DNA of 64,000 nt. Origin: Macrostomum lignano (lineage: Eukaryota). The notes below the pieces were generated by a model. That model saw only the letters and a list, made by a program, of their open reading frames with translations, ran no database searches and was not told the DNA's origin. Below, piece by piece: positions 48,314 through 57,957 of this stretch. The stretch lies in the NCBI GenBank assembly GCA_002269645.1, contig NIVC01002775.1:77445-141444 (forward strand). Reading direction: 5' to 3'. A program made the translations under genes and the position numbers. The number at the start of each line of letters is the position of its first letter. Positions within the stretch are counted from its first letter, which is position 1.

Positions 48314-49357
48314 GGGATTATTTTGCCAGTGAAAGAATTCAAGGTCGCTAAGTTTTCGAAAGAGAATTGAAGCCGTCCGGATTTACTGCGCATCAACCAG
48401 CAGACACTCTCAGCATTATGCTTATAGCTAATGGTCTACCTCCCATGGTCAAGAGTTGCATAGCCGTGAATTGTAAGTTGGAAGTCCTAGTTTTTTATGG
48501 CAGCCGGGCAGTATCGCCAAAACAGTACAGCCACATCATTCCAGTGTCCTCAACTCTGAGTTCAGCCACGCAGCTTGTAAATTTAATGGCCTTTGTGAAG
48601 TCTGCAACTGAATCCAATGCATTCCACGTTGACCACAAAGAGGCTACATGCTCTAGATAGTCTCAAACAGTTGCTCCAGCAGGACAATTAATTGTCCGTC
48701 AGACGGCAGTGCGCCGTCTTGCCTGGCTTTTATTACTGAGCAGCTCAAGCTGGTTGATGTGGACAAGCATGCTCGAGGCTATTCACCCGAGTTGATCGTT
48801 TTCTCTTATATTCTGTTGTCTGTGAGTCCGGCTGCTTTGCTTGCTTGACATACTCCTGTGCCTACTTGTGTTACATCTAGAAATTGATATAATTTCAACG
48901 TCTTCTTGTCGCGTTTCATTTCTGTGCTTTTGTTATTGTTTCGGAAATATACTTTGAAATATGATCCTTCTTTTTGAATATTCTGTGTGTTTACTCCGTA
49001 CGCTTGCGATCTCTAATCTTGGCCTCATTTTGTATAACTGATATTTCAGTTGTCATTCCAGTCGCTAGATTTAGAATTCCTTGCACAAGCGCAAAGGAGA
49101 GCCAAGGCTCATATTGAGTTTCGAACTCACAGTAGTTTGTGTCTCACGACTTCAACTCGATTCAATAAAGAAGCGGAGAACACAACATCTTTAAGGCACG
49201 GCTTGTCCTTAGTTTTCGATCTACGTCTTTAAGACGCGTGACTTCCAGAGTCGTATCCAGCTTCAAATGTACTATATATTTAATTACTCGTAAATTATTA
49301 AACAACTCATGCCACTTTCTGTCCGACTCCGTTGCACCCATACCTTTCAGACAACCG

Positions 49358-52300
49358 ATGGCGGACAATACCGAAGACCTGACCTACCATGTGCACAGAC
49401 CAGTCCTTGACTATGGCACTTTTGCTACAAAATATCGAGAGACATTCCGTCGAAAGCGATCCCTGCTAGAGGTTGCTCGCGATGAAGCTAAACAGCAGTG
49501 TGGAGGCTGCACCGGTCGGCACTGGGTCAGCCGTCTGCTCAACTTGGTGCCGTTAGTGAATCTGCTTCGATTCAATCAGTATAGCAGAACCGACCTGCTC
49601 TCCGACGTTGTGGCGGGGTTCACTACCTGCGTGTTCCACATACCCCAAGGCCTGGCTTACGGACTGCTAGCCAGCCTCAAACCAATCAACGGTCTGTACA
49701 CGTCTCTGTTTCCCGTATTCATATTCGGCATATTCGGCCGATCGAGGCACCTGTCTATTGGTACATTCTCTCTGATGGCTCTATTATTGTCCGACATGAT
49801 CGAAGCGAACTACGAAGCTTATATACGTCGGATGCCGGGTAACTTTAGTGCACCGATGAACTACACTGGGGCTGAATATGCCAAGCTGCAAACTGCCGTG
49901 GTTGGCACTTTTGCCGCCTCTGCTTTGATTCTGACGGTCGGGATTCTGCGCTTGGGATTCTTTATGCGCTACATGTCGGATGCCATGCTGAAGGGATTCA
50001 CCGCCGCGGCGGCTGTTCAGGTTGTTGTCAGCCAACTGCCTCTGCTGCTCGGGATTCAGCCCGAGAGAAGCAACAGTCACTTCAGGATTGTAGCTGTGAG
50101 TTGCTATATAAGTCCCAATTCCAACTCTATAGATGTCCTATTTCTGATGCTATAGATGTCCGATCTCGATGCTATAGATGTCCGGTTCATGATGCTATAG
50201 ATGTCCGATTCCTGATGCTATAGATGTCCGGTTCATGATGCTATAGATGTCCGATTCCGATGCTATAGATATCCGATTCCTGATGCTATAGATGTCCGAT
50301 TCCTGATACTATAGATGTCCGGTTCGTGATGCTATAGATGTCCGGTTCGTGATGCTATAGATGTCCGATTCCTGATGCTATGGATGTCCGGTTTCTGATG
50401 CTATAGATGTCCGATTCCTGATGCTATAGATGTCCGGTTTCTGATGCTATAGATGTCCGGTTCGTGATGCTATAGATGTCCGATTCCTGATGCTATAGAT
50501 GTCCGGTTTCTGATGCTATAGATGTCCGATTCCTGATGCTATAGATGTCCGGTTTCTGATGCTATAGATGTCCGATTCCTGATGCTATAGATGTCCGGTT
50601 CGTGATGCCCAATGTCCAATTAGTAACAATTAGCATAATATGCGCTCATTTCCAATCTACCCACAGAGCTTAATCAACCAGTTCAAAGTGATCAAGTCCA
50701 CCAACTTCGTCACTCTGGGCATATCAATTGGCTCCATTATCATTCTCTACCTCGTGAAAGAGTTCGTTAATCCGCGAGTTAAAAAGAAGATTAGAGTGCC
50801 TCTACCGATTGAACTCATAATGATTGTTATCAGTCTGCTAGTCTCAAAGTTTGCCAAATTTAACGAAAAACTCCAAGTGGCCATTGTTGGCGAGGTGCCA
50901 CGCGGTCTGCCATCTCCGCTGGTTCCGGATTTTGGCTTCCTGCCAGCGATGCTCCCAGCGGCCATCCCGGTTGGGCTGGTTGGCGGCGTGGTCACAATGT
51001 CGCTGGCCAAGATGTACTGCCTGGAGTTTCAGTACAGCTACGATTTCAATGAGGATTTCGCCATACTGGGAGTCAGCAGTCTGGTGTCCAGCTTCTTCCA
51101 GTGCTTCTTCGCCTGCGGAGCTCTGGCCAGGAACTCTGTGGTGGTGTCGGTGAGCCTGCGGCGGCCCAGCAGCTGGGGATCTGGGAGGCTGACCCAGCAA
51201 CTGGGGATGTGGGAGGCTGGCCCAGCAACTGGGGATGTGGGAGGCTGGCCCAGCAACTGGGGATGTGGGAGGCTGGCCCAGCAACTGGGGATCTGGGAGG
51301 CTGGCCCAGCAACTGGGGATCTGGAGGCTGGCCCAGCAACTGGGGATCTGGAGGCTGGCCCAGCAGCTGGGGATCTGGAGGCTGGCCCAGCAACTGAGGA
51401 TCTGGGAGGCTGGCCCAGCAACCGGGGATCTGGGAGGCTGGTAGCCCAGCAACTGAGGATATGAGAGGCTGGTGGTGGCGTAACTTTAGTAGATATGTAT
51501 ACCTGGCAGTAGGCACAGCGTTTTGCAAACCTATTCATATTTTAATAAAATCGCTTGAAAATAAACAAAATGGTTGAGTTTTTGTCAAACCACCCGCCCA
51601 GGTAGGCATGAAGAGCCAGCTCGCCAGCCTCATCAGCTGCTCAGGCATGCTGTTAGTGCTGCTAGCAATTGGGCCATTCTTCGAGACCATCCCTACCTGC
51701 GTGCTGGGCTCCATCATAGTCGTGTCGCTTATCAACGTCATGTCGCCGCTGAAAGAATTGCCGCGTATTTTTCGAGTTTCCCGCGTTGATTTCGCCGTTT
51801 TCGTTGTCTCCGGCCTGGCAGTCCTTGTCCTGGACGTGACACTTGGTTTAGTGATCGGTTTTGCTGTCACTTTGTTCTCTGTTGTGCTCAGGACTCAGCT
51901 GCCTTCGACGGCTGTGCTGGGTCGAGTCGAGGACACGGACTTGTACGAGGATTTGCAGGTCTGCCCATCGGCAAAGGCGTTGCCAGGGCTGGCCATCCTG
52001 CGATTCAATGCGCCGCTGAATTTCGCCAACGCCGAGGCGTTCGACGACTTTGTGATTCGACTGGGACGCGATGGCCAGACGATGGGCCAACCAGCTGAAG
52101 GTGCAGCGCCGCCTGAGGAGCCGGTGCACACCGTCGTACTAGACTGCTCGCCGTGGTGCTACGTCGACATGGTGGGGGTGCGCACTCTACGGGAGGTGAG
52201 TCAGTGACATCCCTGTCAGTGACATCCCTGTCAGTGACATCCCTGTCAGTGACATCCCTGTCAGTGACATCCCTGTCAGTGACATCCTTGTCAGTGACAT

Positions 52301-53174
52301 CCCTGTCAGTGACATCCCGATCAGTTACATCCCTGTCAGTGACATCCCTGTCAGTGACATCCCGATCAGTTACATCCCGGTCAGTGACATCCCCGTCAGT
52401 TACATCCTTGACAGTGACATCCTAGTCAGTGAAATGAGATTCCCATGGATTTCTAAAGAGATTCCAATGGATTTCTAAAGAGATTCCCATGGATTTCTAA
52501 AGAGATTCCAATGGATTTCTAAAGAGATTCCCATGGATTTCTAAAGAAATTCCCATGGATTTCTAAAGAGATTCCAATGGATTTCTAAAGAGATTCCCAT
52601 GGATTTCTAAAGAGATTCCCATGGATTTCTAAAGAGATTCCAATGGATTTCTAAAGAGATTCCAATGTATTTCTAAAGAGATTCCCATGGATTTCTAAAG
52701 AGATTCCAATGGATTTCTAAAGAGATTCCAATGGATTTCTAAAGAGATTCCCATGGATTTCTAAAGAGATTCCCATGGATTTCTAAAAAGATCTCATGAG
52801 CTTTTAAATCGCCTATCAAGAACATCTTCACGATGGCTATGAACTTCCCCAAGCAGTGAGCAATGAAAGCTTCTAAAAGAGCAACTTTTCCACTGCATCA
52901 GGTACATCGTCAGCTGACAGATCGTGGCCAGCGACTCCTGCTGGCAGGCTGCCAAGATACGGTCAGAGCCAGCTTTGCTAAACAGGGTCTCACACTGGAG
53001 GTGAATCCGGGACCATCTTCAGCCTGTTTTGTCAGCCTTCACGACGCGGCACTGTATGCCATGGCAACTGCATCGCAACCACAGGGTGCACCGTTATTCA
53101 GCAATTTTGTTGTAGTTGAGGATGACGTGGAAGGCTTAATCGTGAACGATGCTGGAGTATCTGAAGACTCTTGA
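49358..53174 (+). CDS. SLC26/SulP anion transporter, prestin/SLC26A5-like, gene C (4 exons, about 695 aa, with STAS)
   Basis: Exons 49358-50095, 50667-51149, 51602-52195 and 52902-53174, with the same intron positions and phases as gene A. Motifs HIPQGLAYGLLA, GRSRHLSIGTF, ALARN, RFNAPLNFANAE, VVLDCSPWCYVD and FVSLHDAA. tttcag acceptor ends 7 nt before the ATG. AATAAA at 53253. Confidence 0.93.
50130..50610. repeat. 23-bp minisatellite filling intron 1 of gene C (tgatgctatagatgtccgattcc)
   Basis: About 20 copies read directly. Confidence 0.95.
51160..51460. repeat. 27-28-bp minisatellite in intron 2 of gene C (ggaggctggcccagcaactggggatct)
   Basis: About 10 copies. It extends ORF 50640..51464 artificially. 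Confidence 0.93.
52201..52790. repeat. Two adjacent minisatellites in intron 3 of gene C: 15-bp cagtgacatccctgt (52201-52425) and 22-bp gagattcccatggatttctaaa (52436-52790)
   Basis: Read directly. Confidence 0.95.
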
Positions 53175-53694
53175 TTCGCGTGTGAAACCTTTGCTAATTT
53201 ATGTTGTTCGATCTCTATTTGCTGATTTCCTAGACTGCTGAGTACCAATTTAAATAAAGTGTTCTGATCTATAAGCGTATTTTATGCGAAATCACAAGAT
53301 ACTGTTATAAAAAGGTTTGGATCCTAACACAGAGCTTCAAACCATCTTTCTAAGAAATCTTTAAATTTTTCAATTTTGGACAAAATTATACATCGCTTGT
53401 ACATGTACTCGTAGCTACTCAAAAGCATATGTAACAAAAATCATTTCTAAGAAACCAACATTTTATTAAAACCAAGGCGCAGTAACTCGCTTCTTCAAAA
53501 AGCAACATAATGCGCAGTAAAACGTTTCGAAGACAACTGGATCTTGAAAACATTGCCAAATAATTTAGAGGTCATTTTAATCGTTTCTAAAAAAGAGCTT
53601 GATCGTTGTTTCTTAGAAATCTGGAACTTCAAAGTCATCGTTTCTAGGAAAGCTGGAGCTTGTAAATTCAGTTTTAAAAAATCTAGGTCTTTTA

Positions 53695-53950
53695 TTAATA
53701 TTTCTAAGAAAACCAGTGCTCATTAATCGTTTCTAACAAAACCAGTGCTCATTAATCGTTTCTAACAAAAGCAGTTCTCATTAATCGTTTCTAAGAAAAC
53801 CAGTGCTCATTAATCGTTTCTAAGAAAACCAGTGCTCATATATTAATCGTTTCTAAAAAAACCAGTGCTCATTAACAGTTTCAAAGAAAAGCTGTGCTCA
53901 TTAATCGTTTCTAACAAAACCAGTGCTCATTAATTTCTTAGAAAACCTGT
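53695..53950. repeat. 29-bp minisatellite (ttaatcgtttctaagaaaaccagtgctca)
   Basis: About 8 imperfect copies. Confidence 0.88.
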
Positions 53951-54068
53951 GTTTAATAATAATTTCTCAGAAAACTGGAGCTCAATAGTTGGTGTCTAGA
54001 AATCTGAAGATTCAAAATAATTTCTAAGAAATCTAGATTATGTATTTTGTAATTTGAGAAAAGGTTAG

Positions 54069-55904
54069 TGATGTAACCACGCTCTGGTCGCGGGATAGGG
54101 CAGGGGAACTTTTTCGAAAGTGCCTCCTATTGCCGTGCACCCCCTGCACAGAGCTGTTGAGACTCGAGACTCTTCCCCTCGATTACTCATCCCCCCTCTC
54201 TTGCGCAACCCTTTCTCACGCTATTGTTCTCCTTCCCAAATTTCTCATGCGACACCCACCCCACCTCCGCTTCTATTGTTCTCGTTTTTGATTCTTTGGT
54301 TCTCTTTACCCCCACCAATTATCACATTTTCTCCGATTTTCTCTTTCTATTGTTCTCGTTTTCGCACCTAATTATCACCTTTTCTCCAATGTTTGCTTTT
54401 CTATTGTTCTCGATTCTCCCCAATTATCCCCGATTTCCAATTCCTTTGTTCTCGACCCCAGCCCCATTGTTCTCATGTTTGCTTGCGCAACACTTTCTCG
54501 ACCTCCCGCTGCGCCAATTATCCCCCACCCCACCTCCGGATTGCGCAATTCTCCCATTTCTCATGTTGCTATGCCGTTCTCATGCTTCTCATCATGAGAA
54601 GCCAATCAGAGAGAGGGATCGTCATGGAAACGACTTTGGAGCGGCGGCCGGGAAGGCTATATAAGGAAGCGGTTTTCGGCATGAGAATCCTCAGACGCGT
54701 TCCTTCTCGTCCTACTGTGGACTTGCTGTCAGACCTTGATCTGACCTATTCGCCTATAGGACGAACCTCTGCCGGTCCGCGGTCTGATACCGCCCAGTTA
54801 CCTTAGCTCCCCAAGTGAGCTCGCCTATCGGACAGCGGTCTGATACCGCCCAGCATCATCAGCATCGCCTGATCTACATCAGCGCCTCGTCGCTTCAGCG
54901 CATCGCCGCTTCACTGTCTGCCTGACTGCAGCCTACAGCCGCCCTCGGTCACTCTGCCGCTCTCTCTTTCTGTGCAGCTGCCGGTAAGTTCCTGTTACTA
55001 ATTTGTGCTCTAATCGCCTTTGCTTATCCGGGGTTTGCCTATTTTGCCATTACTTGATTAGAGAGCTGAGCCAATTGTGATACCGTAACTTTTGCTGTAC
55101 TTTTACTCAATAGTGAAGCCGCCTACTTGCCTGATTATTTGCCTAAGGGCCTAATTATTAACTATTAACTAACCTCATCATTATTCACTCTTTCACCATC
55201 ATTTCACTCATGGCTTGCTAAGCCTTTCTCCCGGGGTGGCAAAGCATAAGGAAGTTTGGGTAAGCTAATGGCCTCTCCCCGTGCAAAGCCCAGTAGAGGC
55301 AGTAGAGGGGATTAGCGAGTCTTGGCACAGAATGGCAGTAGGAAGGTTGCAACCCCATGCTGACGCGTCCCTTCGCCCTGAGCAATCTAAATTATAGACA
55401 GCACATGTTCGTCTCATACTACTCTTAGTAGTCGAAGTCGCAAGTCAGCCTCGCTCACAGCCACAAAGGATCCCCTGCTGAGAAATCCTCCAGATTGAGC
55501 CCAGAGTTCCCGATCATGCCCCAAGCAGAGTCCCTGTACTCGGCTGCATGTGTCTCCCCTGTTAGCCTAAATCCCCTGGTAACCAATCCAGGCGGGGCTC
55601 TAGCCTCGAGAGGTCTGGTAGTAAGATCTAGGTGCGCCAGGTCACATAGAGTGGTGGCAGCCACTCGGTCATACCATGACCGAGTGACCAACTATTGCAC
55701 CTTGGCTACAGGCGGGGTCCATGTGGGTACTTGGCCCTCTGGTCACAAAGCGCTACCAAAGCTATCAATCATGTGGACGGGACAGTCTGGTGCTGGAGGT
55801 CCGTCAGGTCATTGCCCGGTCATAGGCAGCCTACGGTCATTTCCCCCTCTGGTCATGCGTTCGTCTCTCAACGGAGCGGACAGGCGACAAGGGCGGTTAC
55901 ATCA
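54069..55904 (+). mobile_element. Solo LTR (1836 bp), Gypsy-like, with 4-bp TSD
   Basis: TGATGTAACC...GGTTACATCA forms a 10-bp perfect terminal inverted repeat. TTAG flanks both sides (54065-54068, 55905-55908). CCAAT at 54602 and TATATAA at 54658. No coding ORF. Confidence 0.78.
54602..54664 (+). promoter_or_regulatory. CCAAT and TATA promoter motifs within the solo LTR
   Basis: gccaatcag followed about 55 bp later by ctatataagg. Confidence 0.55.
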
Positions 55905-56524
55905 TTAGTCTGAAATTAACATCCCTTAGGCTAATTTTAAGTATTCTAAAGTAATTTAAGAATTGATTTTTGGTCACCCTTTGTTGCGATTATTCACAAA
56001 ACTTGTTAGTCATTTCATTTCAAACTTCAGAAAGTTCACAAATAATGGCTAATTTAACACTATAATTATTTGTAGATATGCGCAAAGAATTTATATCTAA
56101 AAAATTTGACAGCATTATGCAGTTGCGAGAGGTCAATTTAAGGTCAAGTTTCGACCGCCTTTCAACTCTCTCCTCTCCTAATGCAGTTTCATTCATTAAA
56201 ACAAATTTTAGCTATAGGGTTGCACAGCAGTGTTGTATATAGCATCAATGCTTCAAGAGCCAAATGAGCAATGCATTATTATTTTTCGAGATTTTTGTAC
56301 CCCATCAACCTCTCTTTCTGCGAGTAGCAGGTGTTTTGTTTATTCGCTCCGCCGGAGCATTCTAGCTAGATTGAGCCTTATGATGCCACTAATGAGAAAT
56401 GCTCTGCTGCAACCGTTAGTGTCTTCCAAAGCAGACTCCCGAGTCTTAGAGCCGGTTATGTTTACTCTTGCCACTAACAGCTCACACACCTGAAGCAGCA
56501 CTCTCAAAGAAGTTGCCTCGCTAA

Positions 56525-56970
56525 CAACAGCTCACCCATCAACAACAACAAGTCCCCATCAACAACAGCAACTCCCCAGCAACAACAGCAACTCCCCATC
56601 AACAACAGCAACTCCTCATCAACAACAACAACAACTCCCCATCAACAACAGCAACTCCCCATCAACAACAGCAACTCCCCATCAACAACAGCAACTCCCC
56701 ATCAACAATAGCAACTCCCCAGCAACAACAGCAACTCCCCATCAACAACAGCAACTCCCCATCAACAACAGCAACTCCCCATCAACAACACCAACTCTCT
56801 ATCAACAACAACAACTCTCCATCAACCACAACAACTCTCCATCAACAACAACAACTCTCCATCAACAACACCAACTCTCTATCAACAACAACAACTCTCC
56901 ATCAACCACAACAACTCTTCATCAACAACAGCAACTCCCCATCAACAACAGCAACTCCCCATCATCAACA
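56525..56970. repeat. 20-bp minisatellite (atcaacaacagcaactcccc)
   Basis: About 20 imperfect copies. Confidence 0.93.
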
Positions 56971-57703
56971 AACGTCTCCCAAAGAACTGAATTCAAAGCA
57001 GCGCTATTAAAATCGTTACCGAGTGAGACTCACAACGCGTGGATACAAAGAATGCTCTATTGAACTCCGCTTAGCATGAATACACTCTGATCAGCACCAA
57101 ACGGTTACCGCTTGCTACAACAGCAAGCAGTAGTAGAGAGGCAAAGAAATTGGTTATGCACTCGACACGCAAGCATTAAATTTAAACACGCGCGCACACG
57201 CAGATTAAAACAAATATATAGCAACGAGACTGTTGTTTTTCTAACAAAAATATAACAAATCATCAAGCCAGCAAGATTTAGTTGAAACCGAGTTGAATTA
57301 GGAAATTTTTTACACAGTTCTACACAGCTTATCAATAAACATAAATACTACCAAAAAGCAAATAGACGAAGTGTTAACCCTGATTTGATTTGACAGTTTT
57401 TAGTAATGCAACAAGGGCGCGATACACAGGATGAGCTACTGAAAAATTTCTTTACAAACTGACTTGTCAACGCCGGGTCTCTCATCGTGCACAGGTGTAA
57501 TTATATCAGGTAGGATTATGATTGCTTTTAGCGGCAGCAGACATTAGAAGTGGCAGTGAAGAAAATATAAATCATTCCCCCCCACTCCACTTGAGTTGAC
57601 GCGTGAGCTTTTTAAGCCCCGACTATTTAGCGACAAAGTCGCGGGTTCGATTCCGTAGGGCTACTCACAGAGAGTGTACATGCCTATAAATGACATTGAA
57701 ATA

Positions 57704-57900
57704 GGGGGTTGTAGCCTAGTGGTCGGAGAGTCGGACTCACGATCTGAAGGTTAGGGGTTCGATTCCCGATCCCACCCGGAGCAATTTGTGTCCTTGAGCA
57801 AGACACTTAAGTCTGCATTGCTTCAGTTCACGCAGCTGTAAAATGGGTGCCAGCATTAGCTGGGGTAATTGAGGGTGTGTGCGGCGACCCCCCCCCCAGT
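57704..57900 (+). mobile_element. tRNA-derived SINE with CORE-like domain
   Basis: A box tagcctagtgg (57712), anticodon-like arm tcgga-ctcacga-tctga, B box ggttcgattcc (57756). Then gtgtccttgagcaagacacttaa...cttcagtt...ctgtaaaatggg, which resembles the MIR/CORE consensus as recalled. Confidence 0.72.
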
Positions 57901-57957
57901 ATTCGGACAGCCGCATCTCAACTCAAGTAGGGATCGCTAAGAATCTGGACAGTCACA

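Noticed and set aside
57704-57780. Functional tRNA-Val gene
   Set aside because: Acceptor and T stems pair poorly, and the sequence continues into a CORE-like SINE body instead of a T-run terminator.
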